Below are positions 38,190-46,606 of a stretch of DNA of 64,000 nucleotides, one piece after another (within the stretch, counting starts at the first letter, position 1; each line of letters starts with the position of its first letter). A program made the position numbers and the translations under genes. The stretch is from assembly GCA_035513345.1 (NCBI GenBank), contig DATKCF010000172.1, forward strand, positions 24,043 to 88,042, read 5' to 3'. The DNA comes from Longimicrobiales bacterium. GTDB taxonomy: Bacteria > Gemmatimonadota > Gemmatimonadetes > Longimicrobiales > RSA9. The notes beneath the pieces were generated by a model, which had not been told where the DNA came from, did not search any database, and saw only the letters and a program-made list of their open reading frames with translations.

Positions 38190-39584
38190 TTGAAAGGAAC
38201 GACCGCAGCATCTGCCGCCATCGTGGCGGCCGCATTGCTGTTTCCGATTGGCGCGAACGGTGTGTCGGCCCAGGTGCCGGTAACCGCGACGGACTCGCTG
38301 CGGATGCGCGTGGACTCGCTCATGCGGCAGCTCGACAGCCTTCGCGCCGTGATCACGACCATCCAGCGACCGGCACCACCGGCATCGCCTGACACACTCG
38401 ACCCGGTCGCGCGGATCCGCGCAGCGGCGGCGGCGGCGGGCGCGGGCCGCGCGGACACGACCGCGGGCGCGCAACAGCCCGAGGAAGCGGTCCAGTTCAT
38501 CGGCAGGCAGCGCAACCTCAATGCGCTCAATCCCGAGATCAGCGTGAGCGGCGACGTGTTCGCGTTCTCACGCTCCGATGATGCGACAGCGGACAACTTC
38601 GCGGCTCGCGAATTCGAGATCAGCTTCGTATCGAATCTCGACCCGTTCTCCCGCGCGAAAGTCTTCGTAGCGCACCATCTCGGTGGCGGCGAGATCCTGC
38701 CGTTCGGCCAGCATGCGCACGAGGAGCCGGGTACGCCAGCGGAGCCGGAGGCCGAAGAGGAAGAAGGCCATGGCGGTGAGACGGAGATCGAGGAAGGCTA
38801 CGTCGAGTGGGTCGGTCTGGCGGGCGGCCTCGGTGTTACGGTCGGCAAGTTCCGTCAGCGGTTCGGCCGGCTCAACCGCTGGCACGCCCACGCGCTGCCC
38901 GGTCAGCAATACCCGTTGCCGGTCCTGGCCTTCCTGGGCGAGGAGGGCCTCGCGCAGCCCGGCGTGTCGGCGCACTGGCTGCTGCCGATCCACGGATTCG
39001 GTACCTGGGAGGTATGGGGCGAACTGACGCGCAGTTCGAGCGAAGTGCTGTTCGGCGAGGACAACGGCTTGAGCGCGCTCGGCCACGTGAACGCGTTCTA
39101 CGAGCTGTCGCCCGCCACTTACCTCGAAATCGGCCTGTCGGCGCTGACCGGCGGTCGTGAAGGCGACCCGTCACCTGACGACGCACCCGTCACCGGCAAT
39201 CGTCTCTTCGGCGCCGATCTGACCTTCGACTGGCGTCCGCCGAGCCAGTCGCGCACTCGCCAGCTGACGGTGACCGGCGGCGCAATGCTCAACCGCCGCG
39301 TATTCGATGGCGCCGATAACCTCGATGCGTGGGGCGCATTCGCGATCGGCGAGTACCGGTTCGCGCAGCAATGGATCGCGGGTGCGCGCTGGGAATGGGT
39401 CGAGAATCCGGACGAGCCGGATGAGAACGCGACCTTGTTCGCGCCATCGCTAACGTGGTGGCAGAGCGAGTACGTCCGGCTGCGCGCCGAGTACGACATC
39501 TTTCGCGGCGTCGAGGACGACTTCGGCCAGTTCGTCCTCCAGATCACCTTCGCCATGGGGCCGCACAAGCATGAGAACTACTAG
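38190..39584 (+). CDS. Putative outer-membrane beta-barrel protein with His/acidic-rich loop (metal-uptake associated)
   Basis: GGAGGA 6 nt upstream of TTG 38190. Signal peptide KGTTAASAAIVAAALLFPIGANGVSAQ. N-terminal coiled region, alternating beta-strand pattern, loop HHLGGGEILPFGQHAHEEPGTPAEPEAEEEEGHGGE, C-terminal aromatic end ...GPHKHENY. Confidence 0.6.
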   Translation: MKGTTAASAAIVAAALLFPIGANGVSAQVPVTATDSLRMRVDSLMRQLDSLRAVITTIQRPAPPASPDTLDPVARIRAAAAAAGAGRADTTAGAQQPEEAVQFIGRQRNLNALNPEISVSGDVFAFSRSDDATADNFAAREFEISFVSNLDPFSRAKVFVAHHLGGGEILPFGQHAHEEPGTPAEPEAEEEEGHGGETEIEEGYVEWVGLAGGLGVTVGKFRQRFGRLNRWHAHALPGQQYPLPVLAFLGEEGLAQPGVSAHWLLPIHGFGTWEVWGELTRSSSEVLFGEDNGLSALGHVNAFYELSPATYLEIGLSALTGGREGDPSPDDAPVTGNRLFGADLTFDWRPPSQSRTRQLTVTGGAMLNRRVFDGADNLDAWGAFAIGEYRFAQQWIAGARWEWVENPDEPDENATLFAPSLTWWQSEYVRLRAEYDIFRGVEDDFGQFVLQITFAMGPHKHENY

Positions 39585-39617
39585 CCGGCGTTTGCCGGCT
39601 CGCATGAAGGAGCACAG

Positions 39618-40664
39618 ATGATCACGACACGATTCACTGCACCGTTGCTCGCGCTGGCGACCATGACGGCGGCCGTGCAACCTCTGGCCGCCGTCCAGGA
39701 TCCGGTCCGCGTTGTTGCGTCGCTGCCCGTCTATGCATCCATCGTCCGCGCGATTGGTGGCAGCGATGTCGCCGTCTCGAGCATCGCCGATCCGCGCGAG
39801 GACGCGCACTTCGTCCGGCCGAAACCGAGCTTCGCCGCTGACATCAGGCGAGCGGACATGTTCATCACAACCGGTCTCGACCTCGAGCTGTGGGTGCCAG
39901 CGCTGCTCGACCGGGCCGGCAATAACAATGTGAGCGAGGGCGGCCCCGGTTACGTTACCGCGTACACTGGTGTGACCCTGCTCGAAGTGCCGGTCAACGC
40001 GGATCGCTCCGCGGGCGACATCCACATTTATGGCAACCCGCACGTCTATACGGATCCGCTCAACGCGATCCAGGTCGCGCGCAACATCACGACAGGTCTG
40101 AAAAAGGTCGCCCCGGACCGCGCCGCCGACTGGGACCGCGGCTTCGCCGCGTTCGCCGATCGCATCTATCGCAAGCTGTACGGCGACCGGCTCGTCGACA
40201 TCGTGACAGGCGAGGGTCTGGCGAACCTGGCACGGCAGGGCAACCTTCTCACCTTCCTCGGCTCCACGCCGTATGAGGGAACGCCGCTCATCGAAATGCT
40301 GGGTGGCTGGATGGCCGAAGCCGCAGTGCTGCGCGGTGCGGAAGTCATCTGCGATCACCGCAACTGGGCCTACTTCACGGACCGGTTCGGCATGGAGTGT
40401 GTCGAGTATCTCGAGCCGAAGCCGGGAATTCCGCCTACACCCGGACACGTCGCGAAACTGATCGACCTGATGAAGACGCGGGAGATCAGGGTGATCGTCG
40501 CGGCCACGTACTTCGGCCGGGACAGGGTCCGGACGGTCGCGGAGCGTGCAGGCGCAACCGCCGTACTGATCCCGTTCCAGACGGGTGACGGCCCGGGACT
40601 CGAGACGTACATGGATCTGGTCGACCGGTGGATAGGCGACCTGGTCAGCGCCGTCGCCTCCTGA
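39618..40664 (+). CDS. ZnuA/TroA-type metal ABC transporter substrate-binding protein
   Basis: Signal peptide. EDAHFVRPKPS, GLDLELW, IHIYGNPHVYTDP, CDHRNWAYFTDRFG fit cluster-A-I metal-binding proteins. GAAGGAG upstream. Confidence 0.8.
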   Translation: MITTRFTAPLLALATMTAAVQPLAAVQDPVRVVASLPVYASIVRAIGGSDVAVSSIADPREDAHFVRPKPSFAADIRRADMFITTGLDLELWVPALLDRAGNNNVSEGGPGYVTAYTGVTLLEVPVNADRSAGDIHIYGNPHVYTDPLNAIQVARNITTGLKKVAPDRAADWDRGFAAFADRIYRKLYGDRLVDIVTGEGLANLARQGNLLTFLGSTPYEGTPLIEMLGGWMAEAAVLRGAEVICDHRNWAYFTDRFGMECVEYLEPKPGIPPTPGHVAKLIDLMKTREIRVIVAATYFGRDRVRTVAERAGATAVLIPFQTGDGPGLETYMDLVDRWIGDLVSAVAS

Positions 40665-40682
40665 ACGACACGGGAAGACGAC

Positions 40683-41543
40683 ATGCTCGACCTCATCCTC
40701 GTCCCGCTCGCCGCGGCGCTCGTGATCCTCGGGATCAACGCGTATTTCGGCCTGCACATCATCCGGCGGGGCGTGATCTTCGTGGACCTCGCGTTCGCGC
40801 AGATCGCGGCGCTCGGCGGCACCGTCGCCTTCATGCTCGGCATTCACGCCGGCGAAACGATGTCATACCTGTTCGCGTTCGGCTTCACGGTGCTGGGCGC
40901 TCTGCTGTTCAGCGTGACGAGGGTCGAACACGGACATGTCTCGCAGGAAGCGTACATCGGCATCAGCTACGTCGTCGCCTCCGCAGCCGTGATCCTGCTC
41001 TCCAGCTTCAGCCCGGAAGGCGCCGAACACGTCAAGGAGACACTCACAGGCTCGCTGATCTGGGTTACGTGGCCGACGGTCGCGAAGATGGCCGGCGTGT
41101 ATGCCCTGATCGCAATTTTCCACTGGTTCGTACGGCACCAGATGATCGCCGTCACCTTCGCGCCGCAGACCGTCCGCAACATCAAGGTATGGGACTTCGT
41201 CTTCTACGTATCGTTCGGCGTTGCCATCACTTTCTCCGTCAATGTCGCCGGCGTCCTGCTCATCTTCAGCACGCTCGTGATTCCGGCCGTGATCGCGTAC
41301 CTCTACACGACGCACTTCATGACGGCGCTCTTCATCGCGTGGATCGCGGGCGCGGTCGCGATCGCAGGCGGCGTAGCAGTCTCGTTCGCGTGGGACATCA
41401 CCACGGGCCCGCTGCTGGTTGTCGCGTTCGGCGTGGTCCTGGTTCTCGCCGTATTGGTGAAGCCGGTGATCGGTCGGCGAGTGGGCGCTCCCATGACCGC
41501 GACGGACGTGCCCGAACCCGTTGGCGGCTCGGCCCACGATTGA
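40683..41543 (+). CDS. Metal ABC transporter permease (ABC-3 / ZnuB-like)
   Basis: 286-aa polytopic protein immediately after the ZnuA-like gene. LGINAYFGLHIIRRGVIFVDLAFAQIAALG is typical of the ABC-3 family. Confidence 0.8.
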   Translation: MLDLILVPLAAALVILGINAYFGLHIIRRGVIFVDLAFAQIAALGGTVAFMLGIHAGETMSYLFAFGFTVLGALLFSVTRVEHGHVSQEAYIGISYVVASAAVILLSSFSPEGAEHVKETLTGSLIWVTWPTVAKMAGVYALIAIFHWFVRHQMIAVTFAPQTVRNIKVWDFVFYVSFGVAITFSVNVAGVLLIFSTLVIPAVIAYLYTTHFMTALFIAWIAGAVAIAGGVAVSFAWDITTGPLLVVAFGVVLVLAVLVKPVIGRRVGAPMTATDVPEPVGGSAHD

Positions 41544-41561
41544 CGCCCTGTCGGCCGGACT

Positions 41562-41729
41562 TCAGACGCCCTTTTTCGGCCGGCTTCCACGCCAGACCAG
41601 GTACGTGAAAGCGATAAGGAGCGCGTATACGACCATGGCCGGCCCGTCGTGCGGGATGTCCCTCAGGATCCTGCCGAGCGTGAGTCCGGACGCCGACGAC
41701 GACTGGACGAGCAGAATGGAATTCAACAC
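41562..41729 (-). CDS. Small membrane protein (55 aa), absent from the ORF track
   Basis: My own translation: (V)LNSILLVQSSSASGLTLGRILRDIPHDGPAMVVYALLIAFTYLVWRGSRPKKGV. GGAGGA 5 nt upstream of GTG 41729. High third-position G/C. One C-terminal TM helix with a basic tail. Confidence 0.35.
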   Translation of the reverse strand: MLNSILLVQSSSASGLTLGRILRDIPHDGPAMVVYALLIAFTYLVWRGSRPKKGV

Positions 41730-41830
41730 GGAATCCTCCGATCACCATCACATGGGTGAGCGCGGACGTCGTGTCCGCGCCGCGGTTCCAGCACCGGCCG
41801 CGCGGTCGTACCGCGAGCCGGCGATGTCGC

Positions 41831-42265
41831 TCAGACCCGTGACGGAGGAGGTGTGTCGCAGTGGAAGGAGGCGTGCCCCGTGAATGCCCGCTCGTGTATC
41901 AGCGCATGGCGGAGCCGGTCGTGCTCGACAGCCCTCGCCCGCGACCGTTCCGCGAGTTGAACGCGTGCCCTGACTGCCGCCAGCCGCGACCGTTCGCGTT
42001 TCCCGCGCGCGGACCCGGTCGGGTCGGCGCCGCCCGTTTCCCGCGGCGCTTCAAACTGTACGCCGCTCGGCGCTGACACACCCGGCAACGCGTGGCCATC
42101 TGCGCCGATGGCAGTGCTGCCATGCCCGCCCGCCACCGCGCCAGAGCCTGTGGTCGGGCCCGTGCCGAACGCCGCAACGCCGAAGAAAACAACGAGCAGC
42201 AACGCGCCCACCGCCCGGGCAAGGGCTCCGCCCGCTGTGCGCGGAGCACAGAAAACGGGAGGCAT
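41831..42265 (-). CDS. Hypothetical membrane-anchored protein
   Basis: GGGAGG 5 nt upstream of ATG 42265. TM helix ALARAVGALLLVVFFGVAAFG. No family recognised. Confidence 0.4.
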   Translation of the reverse strand: MPPVFCAPRTAGGALARAVGALLLVVFFGVAAFGTGPTTGSGAVAGGHGSTAIGADGHALPGVSAPSGVQFEAPRETGGADPTGSARGKRERSRLAAVRARVQLAERSRARAVEHDRLRHALIHERAFTGHASFHCDTPPPSRV

Positions 42266-42318
42266 GGCAGCCTCCCGGACCGGGACAACACGGTTGCGCG
42301 TCATTCAGCATCCAATCT

Positions 42319-42335
42319 CGGCAATGTCATTGTCG
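42319..42335. promoter_or_regulatory. Near-palindrome CGGCAATG-T-CATTGTCG (one mismatch) in a divergent intergenic region; candidate operator
   Basis: Read directly. It lies between the minus-strand start at 42265 and the CaCA start at 42421, in a locally AT-richer stretch. Confidence 0.25.
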
Positions 42336-42420
42336 AAATCAATCGCCTCGACGACGGGGTTGCCAACGGCCGCCGTTCTGTCGATTCTCGACCTTTCCGG
42401 AATCGTAACCGTGAGGTGGT

Positions 42421-43506
42421 GTGGACGCCGGTACTCTCCTGCAGTTCGGGCTCGGCCTCGTTCTGCTCGTTGCAGGCGCGGAATCACTCGTTCGAGGCTC
42501 GGCCCGACTGGCCGCCGCGGTCGGCGTTCCTCCCCTCATAATCGGCCTGACGGTCGTCGCTTTCGGCACCAGTTCGCCGGAGATCGTCGTAAGCGTGCAA
42601 GCCGCCTTCTCGGACCGCGCCGACATTGCGCTCGGCAATGTCATCGGCAGCAACATCTTCAACGTCCTCTTCATCCTCGGCCTGTCTGCCGTCGTGGCCC
42701 CTCTGGTCGTGTCCGACCAGCTCGTTCGCTACGACGTGCCTATCATGATCGGCGCGTCATCGCTCGTCATGCTGCTCGGCATGAACGGCTCGCTGCACCG
42801 CCTCGAGGGTCTGCTCCTGCTCGTCCTCCTCGCTCTCTACATCGCGTTCCTCGCCTGGCTCTCACACAGGCGGGGACATCCACCACCAGGCCTCATCCCG
42901 GATCCGCCGACCGAGTCGAACCGTCTGGTCGATGTGATCCGTATCGCCGCCGGCCTCGCTCTCCTCGTGATCGGGTCACGCTTCCTGGTGAACGGCTCCG
43001 TCGCCATTGCCCGCTTCCTCGGCCTCAGTGAACTCGTCATCGGCCTCACCATCGTCGCGGCAGGAACCTCCCTTCCAGAGGTCGCAACGTCCGTCATTGC
43101 GAGCTACCGCGGCCAGAGAGACATTGCCGTTGGCAACATCATCGGTAGCAACATCTTCAACCTGCTGGCCGTCCTCGGCACCGCCGCCGTGCTGTCACCG
43201 CGCCCGCTCAACGTGTCGGCCGCCGCGCTGACCTTCGATCTGCCCGTCATGGTCGCCGTCGCCATGGCGTGCCTGCCGATCTTCGCCGGCCACCGCATCC
43301 CCCGCTGGATCGGCGTCCTCTTCCTGGCGTACTACGCCACGTATGTCACCTTCCTCGTCCTCGATGCGACCGACCACGAAGCCCTGCCCATCTTCAGCGG
43401 CGTCATGCTCTCCTTCGTCGTGCCGATCACCGTCGTTACCCTCGCGGTCATGCTGATCCGCTCGCGCAGGACCGCTGCCTCCGATCGTGACGGCCCACAC
43501 GGCTGA
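42421..43506 (+). CDS. Ca2+/cation antiporter (CaCA family, YrbG-like)
   Basis: The two alpha-repeat signatures GTSSPEIVVSV...GNVIGSNIFNVLFILG and GTSLPEVATSV...GNIIGSNIFNLLAVLG. Confidence 0.88.
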   Translation: MDAGTLLQFGLGLVLLVAGAESLVRGSARLAAAVGVPPLIIGLTVVAFGTSSPEIVVSVQAAFSDRADIALGNVIGSNIFNVLFILGLSAVVAPLVVSDQLVRYDVPIMIGASSLVMLLGMNGSLHRLEGLLLLVLLALYIAFLAWLSHRRGHPPPGLIPDPPTESNRLVDVIRIAAGLALLVIGSRFLVNGSVAIARFLGLSELVIGLTIVAAGTSLPEVATSVIASYRGQRDIAVGNIIGSNIFNLLAVLGTAAVLSPRPLNVSAAALTFDLPVMVAVAMACLPIFAGHRIPRWIGVLFLAYYATYVTFLVLDATDHEALPIFSGVMLSFVVPITVVTLAVMLIRSRRTAASDRDGPHG

Positions 43507-43509
43507 ACA

Positions 43510-43855
43510 CGCTCGGGGTTTCACGCTGGGGACGCTGGGGGGCGGAGGACGCTGGACGGATTACTCGTTGTTGAACTCACGACGGAGCACGGGTCGACGC
43601 GCACCCGCGCCCGGGATCGACCGCCAGACGTTCCGGCCATGTGGGGTGTCGACACACCGCCGCCCTATCCTGAACTGGCCAGCACCCGGGACCAGGCCCA
43701 GACCCGGAAGAGCCCCAGGAATGTCCCCGGCTGCCCGCCCGGAGTCGGTGCCATCCGGACGGCTGAAGAACAGCCAGCGTCCTCCTCCCCCTCCGCGTCC
43801 CCTGCGTGCAACTGCCGTTCCTACGCTCACGCAGGACGGCTGACTCCGATGTCCG
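43510..43855. mobile_element. MITE-like element, tandem copy A (about 346 bp) with roughly 40-bp imperfect terminal inverted repeats
   Basis: Left arm GGTTTCACGCTGGGGACGCTGGGGGGCGGAGGACGCTGGA (43517-43556) pairs with the reverse complement of CAGCCAGCGTCCTCCTCCCCCTCCGCGTCCCCTGCGTGCAAC (43771-43812). No credible ORF. Confidence 0.5.
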
Positions 43856-44071
43856 CGCTCGGGGTTTCACGCTGGGGACGCTGGGGGAGCGGACACGGGG
43901 ACGGATTACTTGTTGTTGAACTCACGGCCGGGCAGGGGTCGACGCGCCCCGAAGCCCCCAGAAAAAATGTCCGGCTGCCTGCCCGGAGTCGGCGGCATCA
44001 GAGGGCGAAAGAACAGCCAGCGTCCTCCGCCCCCACCGCGTCCCCTGCGTGCAACAGCAGTTCGTTCACGC
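43856..44071. mobile_element. MITE-like element, tandem copy B (about 216 bp; internal deletion relative to copy A)
   Basis: It starts with the same CGCTCGGGGTTTCACGCTGGGGACGCTGGGG, shares GGATTACT(C/T)GTTGTTGAACTCACG and the right arm CAGCCAGCGTCCTCCGCCCCCACCGCGTCCCCTGCGTGCAAC (44014-44055), and lacks roughly 130 bp of copy A's interior. Confidence 0.5.
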
Positions 44072-44093
44072 CGAGGAAACCTGAAAAGCCGGT

Positions 44094-44531
44094 CTATTCC
44101 TCCGCCCGGACCGGGCCACGCTGTTTCTTCTTCTCGCCCTGCCGCTTCTTCTCGCGCAGCCGCTTCTCTTTCACGGCCCGTGACGGCTTCGTCTTGCGAC
44201 GGGGTCGACGGTTCCGCAGTGCGCCGGCAAGGAGTTCGATGAACCGGTCGGTCACGGTTTCGCGGTTCTGGAGCTGGCTGCGGCTGCCGCTTTCCACGAT
44301 ACGGAGTACGCCGCGGCTGTCGATGCGGTTGGCCAGCCGGTCCAGGATGCGGGCGCGCTGCGCGTCGGTCAGAGACGGCGAGCCGGAAACGTCCCATGTC
44401 AGCTCGATCCGGGTCGCGCTCGTGTTCACGTGCTGGCCGCCCGGTCCGCCGGACCGGGTCGCACGGTACGTCAGCTCGGCGGCCGACACGACAAGATCGT
44501 CGTTGATGTGCAGCCCATCGTCGGTCATCAT
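44094..44531 (-). CDS. arfB: Alternative ribosome-rescue factor ArfB (peptidyl-tRNA hydrolase, YaeJ-like)
   Basis: RSGGPGGQHVNTSATRIEL (GGQ motif) and a basic C-terminal tail RRPRRKTKPSRAVKEKRLREKKRQGEKKKQR. Confidence 0.9.
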   Translation of the reverse strand: MMTDDGLHINDDLVVSAAELTYRATRSGGPGGQHVNTSATRIELTWDVSGSPSLTDAQRARILDRLANRIDSRGVLRIVESGSRSQLQNRETVTDRFIELLAGALRNRRPRRKTKPSRAVKEKRLREKKRQGEKKKQRGPVRAEE

Positions 44532-44612
44532 CGCTCCTGCTGCCGGACCCGGGGGTCAGGCATTACACTAACCGGTCGAACGGGGCGCTCGGCCGCGTTC
44601 CACCTGGGGAGG

Positions 44613-45317
44613 TTGCCGCTGACAAGAATCGGCGCCACGACGGTGCTGCTGGTCGTGCTCGGCTGTGGTCCCGGCGATCCGCCGGAGCCCGACCCGGCCG
44701 CCGTCGTGGATACGGTTGCGCCACTGAACGAGCCGCTCCGCACGGAACTGCTCCGGCTCGGGCTCCTCGATCGCACGATCCGCACCGGCTTTGGTCCGGC
44801 GACCGCCAATGACACGGCTTTCGTGCGCGCCTCGCTGGCCATGGATTCGGCGCTCACGCGGCGGCTGCGTGACATCGTCGCACGCCACGGCTGGCCAACG
44901 CGTTCGATGGTAGGCGACGAAGCGGCCGAAGCTGCATCTCTCATCCTCACGCACAGTCCGTCCGACGCATTCCAGCGCGACATGCTGCCGCTTCTCGATT
45001 CGGCGGCGAACGTGGGCGAAGCGTCCGCGAATCACGCCGCCGTACTGACCGACCGTGTTCGCATCATCGAGGGCAAGCCGCAGCTCTATGGTACGCAGTT
45101 CCGCATTGTCGCGGGAACGCTCGTGCCATATCCGATCGATGCGCCGGAACGTCTCGATGCCCGGCGAGTCGCGGCCGGGCTCATGACCATGCAGGAGTAC
45201 GTCGAAGTGTTGCGGGGAACATACGCCGGGCCGGTGCTGTGGCCACTCCGGTCCATGGCGGACCCGACCGGTTCGTCGGGCCCGCCGCCGGACACGATCC
45301 GTCAGCCGTCCGCCTGA
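44613..45317 (+). CDS. Hypothetical lipoprotein
   Basis: Lipobox LLVVLGC shortly after candidate TTG 44613 / CTG 44619 starts next to GGGGAGG. The remainder is helical and protein-like (HGWPTRSMVGDEAAEAASLILTHS). The 5' part of track ORF 44430 overlaps arfB and is rejected. Confidence 0.55.
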   Translation: MPLTRIGATTVLLVVLGCGPGDPPEPDPAAVVDTVAPLNEPLRTELLRLGLLDRTIRTGFGPATANDTAFVRASLAMDSALTRRLRDIVARHGWPTRSMVGDEAAEAASLILTHSPSDAFQRDMLPLLDSAANVGEASANHAAVLTDRVRIIEGKPQLYGTQFRIVAGTLVPYPIDAPERLDARRVAAGLMTMQEYVEVLRGTYAGPVLWPLRSMADPTGSSGPPPDTIRQPSA

Positions 45318-46606
45318 CCTTCGGTCCTGACCGGTGTCGACTCGATGTCGACGCGCAGCATGGTCACGTATTGCACGTCCAGCTCGTCGCGCCACACGCC
45401 CCAGATCTGGTCCCCGATCACGCGCAACGGCTGGTAGCGGTCGGGGAGACGCAGCTCGCCGAGGTATCGGCCGTCGCCGCCGAAAACGTCCCATATCGGT
45501 GAGCCAATGTCCTGAGGGTTGAACTCCGTGATGCCCAGGTCCTCCATGTCCTGGGCGGACGTCACGCGTTGAACCCACAGTGAACCGCCCGGCCCACCCA
45601 TCATGTTCGCAAACGACGGATACTGGTCGGCGAACTCGATGCTGCCCATCACCATCTCCATGGCCTGCTGCGGAACGCCCTGGTCCTGGAACATCCGCGT
45701 CATCGCCTCGCGGATCGCCGTGATGTCTGCCTCCGTGACCGGCTTGCGCGCGACATCCTTGCGGATCACTCGCACGAGCGAACCGTCCGTACCGTACTGG
45801 CCGATGCTGTACTCCGAGTTCATCGCGAAGTAGATCGAGCCGCCTTCGCCCAGACCCCAGACCGGTTCGGCCTCGAACACGCGGATACGCATCGAGTTCG
45901 GTCCCATCTGGAGCGACTCGCCCGACGGCAGCACCATCACCGTATCGCGGATCGCGCCCGTGGGATCCCGCTCGAGCAGCAGGTCCTTCGGCTCGGCCAC
46001 CGTCGTGGCCTGGCCCGGCATGTTCATGATCCGTGTCTGCTGTACGATTCTGCCATCCGGACCGATCTGCCAGCGGATCGGAATGCCCTCGGTCATGGGA
46101 ACCGGGAAGCTGCCGACGGTTTCGCCATCGGCCGTGAACCGCGTGATCCGCTGGTGTCCCATGTCCGGCACAAACAGCGTGTCACCCGCCGTGACCACGA
46201 GCGCCACCAGCAGCTGGCTCAGTTCGCCGGGACCCGAACCGGGTCGGCCGATCGTATGCAGAAAAGTGCCGTCGCGGTCGAACGCGCGGACCTGCTGCGA
46301 CTGCTGGTCCAGAACGTAGATCGTGCCGTCCGATCCGACATCGACGCTCGCGATCGCGCCGAACTGGTATTCCGGATCGCCGCCGGCCGTCCCGATCTTC
46401 AGCTCCTCGATTACGGCCGGTGCCTCGTCCGGACCCCAGATTCCCGTCGCCGGATTCGCCACGATCTCGACGCCCGCACTGTCCGTCAGAGTACCTGCCC
46501 ACGAACCGCCGTCTCCGCCACTGCAAGCCACAAGGAACGGCACCATCGCCGACATCGTCAGACAGGCCCTTCCGATTCGTCCGGTCATATCGTCGATTGC
46601 TCCCAT
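45302..46606 (-). CDS. 6-bladed beta-propeller (NHL-like) lipoprotein, paralog 2
   Basis: Lipobox MVPFLVAC. Blade motif IYVLDQQSQQVRAFDRDGTFLHTIGRPGSGPGEL parallels paralog 1. True start probably an internal Met (46588 or 46555). Confidence 0.7.
   Translation of the reverse strand: MGAIDDMTGRIGRACLTMSAMVPFLVACSGGDGGSWAGTLTDSAGVEIVANPATGIWGPDEAPAVIEELKIGTAGGDPEYQFGAIASVDVGSDGTIYVLDQQSQQVRAFDRDGTFLHTIGRPGSGPGELSQLLVALVVTAGDTLFVPDMGHQRITRFTADGETVGSFPVPMTEGIPIRWQIGPDGRIVQQTRIMNMPGQATTVAEPKDLLLERDPTGAIRDTVMVLPSGESLQMGPNSMRIRVFEAEPVWGLGEGGSIYFAMNSEYSIGQYGTDGSLVRVIRKDVARKPVTEADITAIREAMTRMFQDQGVPQQAMEMVMGSIEFADQYPSFANMMGGPGGSLWVQRVTSAQDMEDLGITEFNPQDIGSPIWDVFGGDGRYLGELRLPDRYQPLRVIGDQIWGVWRDELDVQYVTMLRVDIESTPVRTEGQADG

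Noticed and set aside
42305-42420. Possible Mn2+ (yybP-ykoY) riboswitch upstream of the CaCA antiporter
   Set aside because: The conserved GGGGAGUAG and UUGACAUA-type elements are absent. Only a near-palindrome suited to protein binding was seen.
43561-44397. Minus-strand ORFs in both MITE-like copies that end with the shared peptide REFNN(E/K) and share TAVARRGRGGGGGRWLFF
   Set aside because: The conservation is explained by nucleotide-level repeat identity. The translations are Arg/Gly/Pro-rich, the second ORF runs into arfB in the wrong frame, and no RBS is evident. This remains formally testable by Ribo-seq.
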